Positions 44,552-54,568 of a stretch of 64,000 nucleotides of DNA are shown piece after piece. The notes under the pieces were generated by a model. It saw only the letters and a list, made by a program, of their open reading frames with translations, had not been told where the DNA came from and made no database searches. The position numbers and the translations under genes are program-made. Each line of letters starts with the position of its first letter. The first letter of the stretch is position 1. Source of the stretch: a virus; IMG/VR virus record IMGVR_UViG_3300032323_002909, positions 1 to 64,000 of that record. One strand, written 5' to 3'.

Positions 44552-44927
44552 TATTCAGATTAGTTTCAGTATCTGTGATTAATTCTGGAACTGGCTCAAC
44601 AATCTGTGGCAGTAGATCCATAAGCTCTTCCTGTGTCAACTCTTGAACATCAGGAATCAATCCTTCTTCAATAGCAGCAAGTAGTCTTAATGACCACAAT
44701 GCTGTATATGCTTTTCTGCCATCAACAAGATCAGTCAGAGAAGCTGTTTCGGGGAATCTTAAAGCCCTTAATCTTGTATGCTCTGAGTCATCCCATCCAC
44801 ACGCTATAGTTGTTACTGTTAAAAGCCCATCTGTTGCTTCTTCACCATACTGCTCATTGAGTGTTGGTAATTGTTCTATTAGTGCTTCTGGAAAAGCAAA
44901 TGTTTTAAATTCTGTTGAGTATTTCAT
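44544..44927 (-). CDS. hypothetical protein (possible fibre chaperone)
   Basis: Follows the lectin-like paralog array. Confidence 0.5.
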   Translation of the reverse strand: MKYSTEFKTFAFPEALIEQLPTLNEQYGEEATDGLLTVTTIACGWDDSEHTRLRALRFPETASLTDLVDGRKAYTALWSLRLLAAIEEGLIPDVQELTQEELMDLLPQIVEPVPELITDTETNLNNG

Positions 44928-44957
44928 AATATTATTTTAGTCTGTTGTTTGGATATG

Positions 44958-45746
44958 TCAATATACCCACTGAAAAGAATTATCTTCAAATAGCGTTTTT
45001 CTCAATAATGTCTCCAATGATTTATAATCTGCTTGTTGGAAAATATTGTTGTTTATATGTATTAAAAATGCATTCATACCACTATCCAGATATGTATAAC
45101 TAGAACTTGTTGTTAGTCCTGTGAGTGTCTGTGTTGTTGTGCCATAGTTTAATCCGATTGTGTTAGGGTTTGACACATAACCTGTTGTATTACCAACAGC
45201 ATTTCTAGAGAATCCTGTAAAGGCTACAAAATCTCTATTATTGTTACCGCCTATATTACCACGAAAAACAACTCCACCTTTTACAGTATCAAAATAGGTA
45301 AACCAATCAGTATTAGCTGATACTGTACCACCTAGCCATGATCCAGCGTCAGAAAAATGACCAATTAAACGCTGATTAACTCTAGTAAACAAGCCACCAA
45401 CACAACACATAGTACCTGTAAAATTATTTGGTACATATGTCAAACTTGTAAAATTTATACTAGTAGTTATACCATTTGGTGTCCACCTTGAAGCGTTTGA
45501 AACAGTACCATTAAAAATACCTAGTCCACCTAAGCTATAAACAGTTGTACCTGCCCCAGCATTATGAATGCTTCTCATGGGGTAACAAACCATAGAATTC
45601 CACAATCCTAATTTTTTAATACCAATTACAAACTTATTAATCTGTCTCAAGTTTTCAGGTAATATAGTCTTACCGCTACCAGCTTTAACCCTAGCAGCAT
45701 AAGCAAGTGTATCGTTATCTAATCCGTATGTTCTTGTTCTTGGCAT
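44958..45746 (-). CDS. lectin/LamG-like virion protein, paralog 5
   Basis: Shared N-domain (FV.G.K.LGLW..M..YPMRS.HN) plus beta-rich C-domain. Confidence 0.6.
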   Translation of the reverse strand: MPRTRTYGLDNDTLAYAARVKAGSGKTILPENLRQINKFVIGIKKLGLWNSMVCYPMRSIHNAGAGTTVYSLGGLGIFNGTVSNASRWTPNGITTSINFTSLTYVPNNFTGTMCCVGGLFTRVNQRLIGHFSDAGSWLGGTVSANTDWFTYFDTVKGGVVFRGNIGGNNNRDFVAFTGFSRNAVGNTTGYVSNPNTIGLNYGTTTQTLTGLTTSSSYTYLDSGMNAFLIHINNNIFQQADYKSLETLLRKTLFEDNSFQWVY

Positions 45747-45747
45747 A

Positions 45748-46563
45748 TTATGGTAGGTTTAGATTTTTACCGACTGTTTCTTTAATTAGTTTGTTAATAG
45801 AGAATACTTGTGAAGCAGAAAATCTTTTCTTTGCTATGAAGCACACACTAGCTGTTCCTATGTATCCACCGTTTCTAGTAAAAGATAATGTTATAGTTGC
45901 TGAGTTATAAGGTATAGTTGCAGCATTCGTGTTAGATGTTGCTGCTGATACACCATTTCTATATATTATCGTTCTTTCTCCAAGTCTACCTGTGTATATC
46001 CATGAATTGAACCCTGATAATGTATTTTCAGATAATGTAGCAAATGAACCAGCAAATCCAAATTCACCACCAAACCCAGTTCTAGGAGCAAACCAAATTA
46101 AAGAGTTACTAGATGAACCATCGACTCTCACTCCTGTTGCTAATAACCAGCCACCAACGTTACCTCCAGTAGTTGGCATAGTACCTATAAATCCTGCTGA
46201 TATTTCTGTCAAATCTACAACAAATCGTGGACCTGTCATACCAGCACCTAAAGGAAATATACACCCAGTATCACCACCAGTCACTGTTGCTGTGAATGTA
46301 CTAATTTGTTGGTTGTATTCAAAGTTTAGAGTTTTAAGAGGTACTACACGACGATCTGCTATTGAATTGTATTTGTTGCTATACAACCAAATTATCATAT
46401 CATTCCATACCCCTAAATCCTTCAACCCGATTACAAAGTTATCAATATCAACAGCATCAGAATTAGATATATCAGAAAGACCACTAGCCAATCTGTATAT
46501 ATTAACGATATTAAGATACCGCTTTGTATCAACATCAAATGTATATTTTCTTTCTGTTGGCAT
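45748..46563 (-). CDS. lectin/LamG-like virion protein, paralog 4
   Basis: DNFVIGLKDLGVW; IYRNG; GK.L.LP end. Confidence 0.6.
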   Translation of the reverse strand: MPTERKYTFDVDTKRYLNIVNIYRLASGLSDISNSDAVDIDNFVIGLKDLGVWNDMIIWLYSNKYNSIADRRVVPLKTLNFEYNQQISTFTATVTGGDTGCIFPLGAGMTGPRFVVDLTEISAGFIGTMPTTGGNVGGWLLATGVRVDGSSSNSLIWFAPRTGFGGEFGFAGSFATLSENTLSGFNSWIYTGRLGERTIIYRNGVSAATSNTNAATIPYNSATITLSFTRNGGYIGTASVCFIAKKRFSASQVFSINKLIKETVGKNLNLP

Positions 46564-46564
46564 A

Positions 46565-47392
46565 TTATGGTAATCCTAATCCTTTACCGATTGTTGTTTT
46601 TAGTAAATTATATAATGCTGAATCTTGACTATCTGTAACTAAACTGTTTGATAAAAATACAAAGGAAGCTGTCAAGTTTAAAGCGACACCGTAACCACCA
46701 AATCTTACAAATCTAGGGTTAGAGCTATTCCAATCGCTTCCTGATGATGATTGATTTACTTGATTGGTATTAAGTGTAAATCTAGCTGTTGAGCCAGATG
46801 TGGGTCTTATAGAAAAGTAATGCCGACCAGTTCTAGTGACAGGCGTAGACGCACCCCCACCAGTGTTTGTAGAACTAAATGAGCTAACGCCAGGGGGCCA
46901 TAAATTTACATAAGTATTTATATTTTGTGCGCCAGTGCCACCTGAATTACCTATAGAAAATTGTCTACCACTTACATTAATTCCAGCAGTAAACCAATAC
47001 CCAGCGTTATTTCCTAAATCTGTAGCATTTTTTAACACTGCTCCGTAAGCAACTGGAGCTACACCGATATCTCTTATAGCTGTACTAAAAAGGTTACCAG
47101 AAGATGTAACCCTGGTAATACCTTCCGTACTCCATGTAGCAGAATCCAGTAAAGTAGCATCTGCTACCTGCCCACCACCCAAACTTAAAACTGTAGAGCT
47201 TCTCCCAATATTATGAATAGATCTCATAGGATAGCATACCATATTTTGCCATAGATTTAACTGCTTCAATCCCTTTACAAAATTATCTATATCTGCTACA
47301 TCAGTAGGAGCTAATTCTCTACCATAAGCATATAATCTTCTTAGATATTGCCTTGTCTCGTTTTGTAAGCCGTATGATTTTGATTGTATCAT
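46565..47392 (-). CDS. lectin/LamG-like virion protein, paralog 3
   Basis: DNFVKGLKQLNLW..MVCYPMRSIHN; K.TIGKGLGLP end. Confidence 0.6.
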   Translation of the reverse strand: MIQSKSYGLQNETRQYLRRLYAYGRELAPTDVADIDNFVKGLKQLNLWQNMVCYPMRSIHNIGRSSTVLSLGGGQVADATLLDSATWSTEGITRVTSSGNLFSTAIRDIGVAPVAYGAVLKNATDLGNNAGYWFTAGINVSGRQFSIGNSGGTGAQNINTYVNLWPPGVSSFSSTNTGGGASTPVTRTGRHYFSIRPTSGSTARFTLNTNQVNQSSSGSDWNSSNPRFVRFGGYGVALNLTASFVFLSNSLVTDSQDSALYNLLKTTIGKGLGLP

Positions 47393-48228
47393 AAATTAAA
47401 TCTACTTCTCAAAAGGTTATAACTTGTTGTAAGTTCTGCTTGTGTTAATGCTCTATTATAAACTTTTAAGTTGTGTAGCCTCATAGATTGACTTGTCCCA
47501 TTTAGAATCCCGTTAAAACTTAGGTTAGAATTTGTAATAGGTGGTATGTAAGTCCTTCCTGTTTGACTTACCGACAAAACTCCATTGAGATGAACTGACG
47601 CTGTGTTTGTTGTTGTGTTATATGAGATTGTTAAGTTAACTGGTGATCCGTATGTTATTGAGTTTGTAGGAGTATTTAAACCAAAAACATTAGCAGTACC
47701 ACCTGGCACACTTTCACCATTCCAAAATGCAATGCTTCTATTTGATGGTGTAAATCCACATCTAAACCCTCGTGTTAGATACGCTTCATTGAAAAATAAC
47801 GAACTAGAAAATGGACCAGTTCCACTTAGTATAGTAACCCAACTATCAATAGTGAATGCTCCTGTTATACCATTGCTATTCCATGCTACTCCACCAGATT
47901 GACTGTTATTTAAAAAAATTGAACCACCATTGGAGTTATCATATTGAAGAGTTGATGGAAGAACAGCATTAAACGAACGATTTATTAAATTTTGGAAAGT
48001 TGTAGATACAAGTGGAAAGCTAGCAGGTATTGAAGCATCCATCCATATACTAGGTAAGAGTGAATATTCGATAAGCTGTGTTGGTGTCATCGACCAGTTG
48101 AAATTTTTTTGAGTTATGCAAAAATTATTAACTGTCTGAATAGGTACTGTTGGTGTAATACCTCTCACCTCACAAGCCTTCAGATATTCTTTCGTCTCTT
48201 TCTCTAAATTGTAATATCTTTTTGCCAT
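47389..48228 (-). CDS. LamG/concanavalin A-like virion protein, paralog 2
   Basis: FTIDSWV, VHLNG, VYNRALTQAE LamG signature. Confidence 0.7.
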   Translation of the reverse strand: MAKRYYNLEKETKEYLKACEVRGITPTVPIQTVNNFCITQKNFNWSMTPTQLIEYSLLPSIWMDASIPASFPLVSTTFQNLINRSFNAVLPSTLQYDNSNGGSIFLNNSQSGGVAWNSNGITGAFTIDSWVTILSGTGPFSSSLFFNEAYLTRGFRCGFTPSNRSIAFWNGESVPGGTANVFGLNTPTNSITYGSPVNLTISYNTTTNTASVHLNGVLSVSQTGRTYIPPITNSNLSFNGILNGTSQSMRLHNLKVYNRALTQAELTTSYNLLRSRFNL

Positions 48229-48231
48229 ATA

Positions 48232-49194
48232 TTAGGGTAGTCCGAGGTTTGAGCCGAGGGTTGATTTTACTAAATTGTTTAAACTTGATATTTGAACGGC
48301 ATTGAGTGCTATATTGTTAAAGCAAGCACCAAAGCCTACATAGCCTTTTGAATGACCAAAACTATCTTGCACCCCATCATCCATAAACGTAAATCCTTGA
48401 TCAGATAGAATTGCAGGAGAACCAAAGGTGGAATTGCTATTTGCAAAAGATCCATTTTTGTATGCTAATAAAGCACCACTATTAAACACTAAAGCATGAG
48501 TATGGTATTTGTTATATTCAAGTAATGAATTGGTTTGGGACCATGTGGTAGTGCTAGAAGGATTTGTATCACCACACTCACTTTGATATTCAAACCCCCC
48601 AAACCCCATACCTCTAAAAGTACCAAATTGACCAAAACGAGTAGGTGCATTCCATGTTGTTATAAAGTGTCCGCGTTCTACAACAACAGATCCTGGCTCT
48701 GTTAAACCAGCTACAAATAATGTTTTTTGCCTGTAATTAGTTTGTGCTAAGTTACTTACAATCATTCTAGGTCTTGCTACACTGCCAGAAAAATATAATC
48801 CAGATATATCCCATGTTGGACTGTTTTGAGCGGTACCGTTAAATATCCCTAAGCCGCCCATACTGTAAACCGTGGTGCCAGTGCTAGCATTTTGATAATT
48901 TCTCATCGCCCAAGCTACCATATTCTGCCAAAGACCTAATGCCTTCACACCTCTTGTAAACCAAAGCACTTCACATCTACCTAAAGGATTAGTGACTCCT
49001 GCTCTAGCAAGATAAGCATCACCATCAGTATCATTAAATCCTAGACTAAATCTAGACCAATCGCCAGATCTCTTCAAGCTCTCAACTCTATCATTGATAG
49101 TTTTTACAGTAGACGGAGATACAATAATGCCATTCTCAGCCTGAAGGCGGTTGATATATGCTTTGACTTCATTTTGTATCCCATAGTATTTCAT
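48232..49194 (-). CDS. lectin/LamG-like virion protein, paralog 1
   Basis: GVKALGLW..MVAW.MR; YKNG; LG.NLGLP end. Confidence 0.6.
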   Translation of the reverse strand: MKYYGIQNEVKAYINRLQAENGIIVSPSTVKTINDRVESLKRSGDWSRFSLGFNDTDGDAYLARAGVTNPLGRCEVLWFTRGVKALGLWQNMVAWAMRNYQNASTGTTVYSMGGLGIFNGTAQNSPTWDISGLYFSGSVARPRMIVSNLAQTNYRQKTLFVAGLTEPGSVVVERGHFITTWNAPTRFGQFGTFRGMGFGGFEYQSECGDTNPSSTTTWSQTNSLLEYNKYHTHALVFNSGALLAYKNGSFANSNSTFGSPAILSDQGFTFMDDGVQDSFGHSKGYVGFGACFNNIALNAVQISSLNNLVKSTLGSNLGLP

Positions 49195-49934
49195 CAAACA
49201 CCTTCCCAAAAAATGTATTGTCCTGATAGTCCAGATAATGTATTAACTGAAACATCCCCCTTGTATCTATCATCAGAAAACTTCTCTCCTCTGCCATCAT
49301 ATGCTGCTGTTCCTGGATATAACATAAAGTTAAATGAGTTCTGGTTGCATCCTAGACCATATTTAACATATAGTGGTTGTGTTCCTAGATTTTGTCCGAA
49401 TAGTGTAATTCTATTTGAGTTAGCTGATAGCACCTGTGTACCTACACCTGTAAGAGCAGTACCTAGTGTTGCTCCAGTTAGGAAGTTGGAAACAGAACCA
49501 TAACCAATATCAAATGTAGTCACACTATCAATATCTTTATCCAAGTCTCCTTGTAGTGCCATCGCTCCTCCTGTCTGAGCATCAATAGTAATAAAGGCAT
49601 TTGTACCTGTTAAAGCAGGGACAGCAGATATAGAAGTGATAGGAGAGTATGATGTAGCATCAAAGTATCTTGCATAAACTGGTGCTGTTAAGTCATCAAC
49701 AAATATCTGAAGTCTATCTGTACTCAACATTGAAGTTGTTGTAGCACTCAGTGTAAGAACATTACCAGTTAAAAATCCACCTCTAGTTGGATCTGCAAAG
49801 TTATAAATTATAGAATTCCGTGTTACATTGGTGATCAATAGAATTTGATCCAGTGTAATATTTGGATAACTGGTAATCTGCACTCTACCTACAGGTGATG
49901 CAGAAAAGGAATATGATGTTGTTAAGGTCTTCAT
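49194..49934 (-). CDS. virion structural protein
   Basis: ILLITNVT...IIYNFADP...D.LQIF motif of phage fibre/baseplate proteins. Confidence 0.65.
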   Translation of the reverse strand: MKTLTTSYSFSASPVGRVQITSYPNITLDQILLITNVTRNSIIYNFADPTRGGFLTGNVLTLSATTTSMLSTDRLQIFVDDLTAPVYARYFDATSYSPITSISAVPALTGTNAFITIDAQTGGAMALQGDLDKDIDSVTTFDIGYGSVSNFLTGATLGTALTGVGTQVLSANSNRITLFGQNLGTQPLYVKYGLGCNQNSFNFMLYPGTAAYDGRGEKFSDDRYKGDVSVNTLSGLSGQYIFWEGV

Positions 49935-49958
49935 TATCTTTTATTATTTAATTCGAAA

Positions 49959-50426
49959 TTATCCTACTGCAATAGCCATTGCTATAGCAAATGTTTCTGT
50001 TGATAGTTTTGATCCACTTGCAAATGCATCACCTGATGCACTTAAATTGCCTGATACTGTTAGGCGTTCATTAGGAGCGGACGTTCCGATACCAACATTG
50101 CCAATATTGTTAACTGCTATTCTAGTTGCTCCTGAAGTATTAAAAAAGATAGTACCACTATTAAAAATAATACCTGTTGTAGTATCCAGAGTATACAGGA
50201 GTCTATTTCCCCATATATCTCCAACAACATGAAGTGCAACAGATGGAGAAGCTGTACCTATACCAACTCTATTATTAACACTATCCACAACCAGTGTATT
50301 TGTATCAACTGTTAAATTGCCTGATACACTTACTGATTTGGTAAATGCAATACTAGCACCAGCATTCAGATTATTGAGTGCTGCATTAGCTGCTAGTGAG
50401 TTATTTGTGATTCTTGTTGTTGGCAT
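49959..50426 (-). CDS. short fibre protein
   Basis: NRVGIGT.SP..LHV.G repeats; AIAMAIA.G end. Confidence 0.7.
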   Translation of the reverse strand: MPTTRITNNSLAANAALNNLNAGASIAFTKSVSVSGNLTVDTNTLVVDSVNNRVGIGTASPSVALHVVGDIWGNRLLYTLDTTTGIIFNSGTIFFNTSGATRIAVNNIGNVGIGTSAPNERLTVSGNLSASGDAFASGSKLSTETFAIAMAIAVG

Positions 50427-50430
50427 AAAA

Positions 50431-53400
50431 TTATCCTATTATTTCAGTTTCAATATAACTACCTGCTAAACAAGTAACAGTTCCAGTTCCCGCATACGCA
50501 TTCCAGTTAAAATTTGTTGTGCCATTAACTAGAGGTTTTAAAATCATTTCGACTTCTATTGTTTGGTTTTGATTAGCTGCAGTATTTGCTATCCCTAGTA
50601 CGCTGAAAGGATTGGCTGATACTAGAATATTGTTAGCAATAATACCACCACTTCTCTTTAACAAAAGCAAACCAAATTCACTATTCACACCGCCAATGCC
50701 AGCAGCTACTTGAGCACCACCAGCACCCACCACTTGTACAAATAACTTGATTCTATATATATTTCCTGTTAAGAGCGGAAGTGTTAATACAGGGTCAATT
50801 TGCCCAGCAAGAGTAGGCGTAGATCCAACAGCACGAACTAAATCTACTGTTCTTATTGCCCGTTGAATGCCAGCTAATGATAGAAATGTATATCCTGTGC
50901 AGTCACTCAGCACACCATTATTAATAGTTGGATTTGTCAACGTTAAATTCGGAGCCAACTTAGCACTCGTTACACTACCATCACTTGGAATCAACTCCCC
51001 GACTTGTAGCGTATTTGTTGGTGCTATTACTACTGCTTTTGCTCCACTTGCTAATGGATCGGTGAATATGATATTTCCAGCACTTAAAGTATAGTCAACG
51101 CTTGGTTCTTGTAATGCACCATCAATAGCAACAATAAGTGCTGATGGATTGGTTAAGCTACCAGCACCAGAAAGTGGAAATGATGAAAGAACACCATTAC
51201 CAGTAATAGTTGTTCGTGTAGGTGTAACTACAGTAGCAACTCTATTGCCATTTGAATAGATATCACCAGCAGACAAGTTTCCAGCACTGACTGTTCCATT
51301 GATAGTAACATCGCCAGTTACATTAAAACCTGATAGTTCGTATTGTTTGATATCAATTACTGTGATATTAGCAGAGAGAGCATCGAGATGGTTAGTAAAG
51401 ATTCTATCAGCAGAAAGTGAACTAACCGAGAGTGTTTTAGTATTACGCCAGACACCACTTAGAGCATCGTATGATAAAACATCACCACCAGATAAGTTAG
51501 TAATTCTTACATTGTGAAGTTCATCGATCTCATAACCATTATCAACCTTAACAAAGATCTTACCTTCGTTTTGATGAGCATATACAACAAAACCAACAAC
51601 TACTGTATGATTAGGTGCTTGTGGTTTGATATTAGTGAGTCTACCAGCAGTGAATGGTGATAGGAATAATACATCACCATCGATCCATGTTTCACCTTGA
51701 AGGCTACCAGTAGTGTTAATTTTACGAACAAGACCGCTTGTTGTAACGAAGCCTTCTTCATTTCTTACAATAGTTTCTGTTACCAGTCCAAGTGTATCAA
51801 CACTATTCGGGTCATTATTTGCTTGTGCTAATACAACTGCTAGTCTCTGACCTTGAGCACCTCCTTCAGCAGTAGATCTAATTCTTACTACACTATACTG
51901 TGATTCTAGTAAATCAGAAGCAGTTTTATTAACAACTCTAGCAATAGACTCCTGACCGAGTTGAAGCGTAACATTTCCACCCTTTAATCCAAGATCAAGA
52001 GTACCATCCGTATCATTCCATGTAAGTCTACCAGGTCTTGATGATAGTGCTGTATTGGTAGTGAACTGGATACTTTCAACATTTAAGTCGCCACCTGAAA
52101 CTCTACCACCACTTAAAGCTGTGATTGAGCCATTAACAATCAAGTTGCCGTTCATGGTTCCTCCATCTTGGTATTGAGTAGCGTTTGTTCCACCGCCACT
52201 AGCATATACCGCAACGTATCGTCTTAAATCCGTTTTATAATTTTCAAATTTATCATGGATTTTTTTATTCCATTCTTTTTCAATAGCATCCCAATCTTTT
52301 ACAATTTTTTCTTTATTTTTAGATTCTATTATATATTCAACAGGTTTTTCATTTTTAAGCTGTCGAATTTCTGCTAATAAATTATCTCTACTTTCTTGAA
52401 ATAAATTTTGAAAATATGAACGTGCTTCGTCGGTAATATCTAAAGTTTCTTCTTTGATATTTTGTATTTTATCATCGAAATAGCCAATTACTTCTTGCTC
52501 GGTTTCAGCAATTTTCTTTTCTAAATTTTCATTTATTTCGATAATTTTCTTATCTACATTACCAACTCTAGATAGAGCTTTTTGAACACCTTTATTAATG
52601 GTGTTGTTCAATTCTATATTAGAATCTCTAATAGTATCAATTTCTCTATTGACTTGCTCAAGTAAAGATATATCAGCTTTTTTATCTAATTTTTTATTTA
52701 AATTTTTATCAATTGTTGATACTTTATCAACAACATCAGATGCAATACTACCAAGTTTTTCTTCTAACTTGTGGGTTATATTCTTTTCGTAAAGTTCTTT
52801 TACTAATTTTTTAATCGTAGTATCAAATAATTTGGAAGAATCCTCAAAATTATTTTTTAATGATTCTCTTAAAGAATTACTAATATCTTGAATTTTGAGA
52901 TCGATTCCATCACGAATCTCTTTAAATCTATCATCATTTTCAAAAATAATATCTTTTTTAATTTTATTTGAAATCTTGATAAATTCTTCAACTAAATTTT
53001 CACGAGATTCACTTAATACTTTTTGAAGCGCTTTCTGTCGTCTGACACTTTCATTTTTAATATCTTGAATTTTTTTTAATTTATTCTTTTCTAAAATTTC
53101 TAAAGACTTCTTAGTAGCGTCTTTTTTAATTTTATTAATCTCTTCGATGATTTGTTGTTTTTTATTATCTACTACATCATCATTTTTTATTGAAAATGAT
53201 TCTTCGATTGTAGTGATTATTTCATCCTCCTCTACATTTTCTTCAATTTTGTCTAAAATGGAAGAGGGATCGGAACTCGGATTAAAATATATTTCTTGTT
53301 TCCCTTTTATAAGGACAAAGGGATGTTCAGCAGAAAGATCATCGTTTTCAACGATAATAGAAACAATCGGGTTTCCATTGTCTTCGGAAACCTTCTCTGC

Positions 53401-53529
53401 TACATATTTTCTACCGTTTATCTCGACCTCATAAACACCGAAGAAAATTTCATCAAAATTTTCAACTTGTAAGATGTTGAGAGGGGAGTTAGACGAGGTA
53501 TAATTGACCTCTTCGCTAAACAATCTCAT
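50431..53529 (-). CDS. large virion protein: N-terminal coiled coil plus fibre-like C-terminus
   Basis: About 440 aa charged coiled coil, SGGG hinge, beta-rich fibre domains (E.DELHNV, V.IDG.LQ.P..DY). Confidence 0.65.
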   Translation of the reverse strand: MRLFSEEVNYTSSNSPLNILQVENFDEIFFGVYEVEINGRKYVAEKVSEDNGNPIVSIIVENDDLSAEHPFVLIKGKQEIYFNPSSDPSSILDKIEENVEEDEIITTIEESFSIKNDDVVDNKKQQIIEEINKIKKDATKKSLEILEKNKLKKIQDIKNESVRRQKALQKVLSESRENLVEEFIKISNKIKKDIIFENDDRFKEIRDGIDLKIQDISNSLRESLKNNFEDSSKLFDTTIKKLVKELYEKNITHKLEEKLGSIASDVVDKVSTIDKNLNKKLDKKADISLLEQVNREIDTIRDSNIELNNTINKGVQKALSRVGNVDKKIIEINENLEKKIAETEQEVIGYFDDKIQNIKEETLDITDEARSYFQNLFQESRDNLLAEIRQLKNEKPVEYIIESKNKEKIVKDWDAIEKEWNKKIHDKFENYKTDLRRYVAVYASGGGTNATQYQDGGTMNGNLIVNGSITALSGGRVSGGDLNVESIQFTTNTALSSRPGRLTWNDTDGTLDLGLKGGNVTLQLGQESIARVVNKTASDLLESQYSVVRIRSTAEGGAQGQRLAVVLAQANNDPNSVDTLGLVTETIVRNEEGFVTTSGLVRKINTTGSLQGETWIDGDVLFLSPFTAGRLTNIKPQAPNHTVVVGFVVYAHQNEGKIFVKVDNGYEIDELHNVRITNLSGGDVLSYDALSGVWRNTKTLSVSSLSADRIFTNHLDALSANITVIDIKQYELSGFNVTGDVTINGTVSAGNLSAGDIYSNGNRVATVVTPTRTTITGNGVLSSFPLSGAGSLTNPSALIVAIDGALQEPSVDYTLSAGNIIFTDPLASGAKAVVIAPTNTLQVGELIPSDGSVTSAKLAPNLTLTNPTINNGVLSDCTGYTFLSLAGIQRAIRTVDLVRAVGSTPTLAGQIDPVLTLPLLTGNIYRIKLFVQVVGAGGAQVAAGIGGVNSEFGLLLLKRSGGIIANNILVSANPFSVLGIANTAANQNQTIEVEMILKPLVNGTTNFNWNAYAGTGTVTCLAGSYIETEIIG

Positions 53530-53567
53530 CTGTAATATTTAGTAAAATGATACGAATGTCAAGTAAT

Positions 53568-54530
53568 TTATCTTTTCATATCGGTATATTCTTTTCGACT
53601 CAACGGTATATATTCTATAACATCACCATGTTTGAAACAATGTTTACTATTCGACTGTCTTTTTGTCGTATGGGTATATACTTTTTTTAGTTTATATAAA
53701 AACAAAGATGATGCGTTAGTTTTATTTATGAACTCTGATTCATTTAAATAAATATCATAAAATATTCCATTAACAAGCAGTTTGAAGGGTTTTGATATAG
53801 GATATATGTAATCATCTCCTTTAATATCTTTCAATTTTTTATTTTTTCGTGGATGTTGATAATCCTTTGAATATATTTCATTAAATTTTTTACCTTTTCT
53901 AGGGTCAACATAGTTTGGATTGTTGGTTCTTTCTTGTATAGTTTTTCCTTTTTGTTTCTCGGATTGTCTCGCGAACGATGCAAGTTCTTTTTCGGTAAAT
54001 CCGATGGTGACAATTCGTTCGCGTTTATTCGCCGCTCTATTAAGTTCTTTATCGGTGAATAACCTCATCTTCAACCTATTTCTAAAGTTGTCTTTGCCTT
54101 TTTTTCTATTTTCGGGAGTATTCATAGCGGCAACACCTTTAATCCTCGCTATTTTTTCAGCATCGGATAGCCCATATTTAGCAATTCTTTCTTTTATAGA
54201 ATTTGCGCGTTTTATTTTAGCAGTATGTGTTCTAAATCTAGAAGTATCTATATTAGCATCTTCGATTATTAAATTCGCAAACTCGTCAGATTCCACAATA
54301 TTCCACATGGTCGAATACTTTTTACCCTCTTCTGATATCACCATTCTATCGTCCGATTCTTTCAATATTATCGTGTGAATATTTTTACCATATTTAGCAA
54401 TATGTTTTTTCCAAAGTAATCCCGATCCATTATATTTAAAACAAGACAACTTTTCGCCAAAATGATAGCACAGGTATTTCAAACCAGTAATTTCATGCTG
54501 TTTTAATAACAAATAGTGTTTTTTACTCAT
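53568..54530 (-). CDS. putative GIY-YIG-like homing endonuclease
   Basis: H.ITGLKYL...Y.GSG..WK.H..KYG...ANL pattern, basic repeats. Confidence 0.7.
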   Translation of the reverse strand: MSKKHYLLLKQHEITGLKYLCYHFGEKLSCFKYNGSGLLWKKHIAKYGKNIHTIILKESDDRMVISEEGKKYSTMWNIVESDEFANLIIEDANIDTSRFRTHTAKIKRANSIKERIAKYGLSDAEKIARIKGVAAMNTPENRKKGKDNFRNRLKMRLFTDKELNRAANKRERIVTIGFTEKELASFARQSEKQKGKTIQERTNNPNYVDPRKGKKFNEIYSKDYQHPRKNKKLKDIKGDDYIYPISKPFKLLVNGIFYDIYLNESEFINKTNASSLFLYKLKKVYTHTTKRQSNSKHCFKHGDVIEYIPLSRKEYTDMKR

Positions 54531-54568
54531 TTATATATTTAATGAGTAAAGGTGAATTTGAAAATTAC

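Noticed and set aside
45929-46573. 214-aa plus-strand ORF
   Set aside because: Antisense to a clear member of the paralog array.
44958-49194. Diversity-generating retroelement acting on the lectin paralogs
   Set aside because: No reverse transcriptase and no near-identical TR/VR pair with adenine-specific differences seen in the window.
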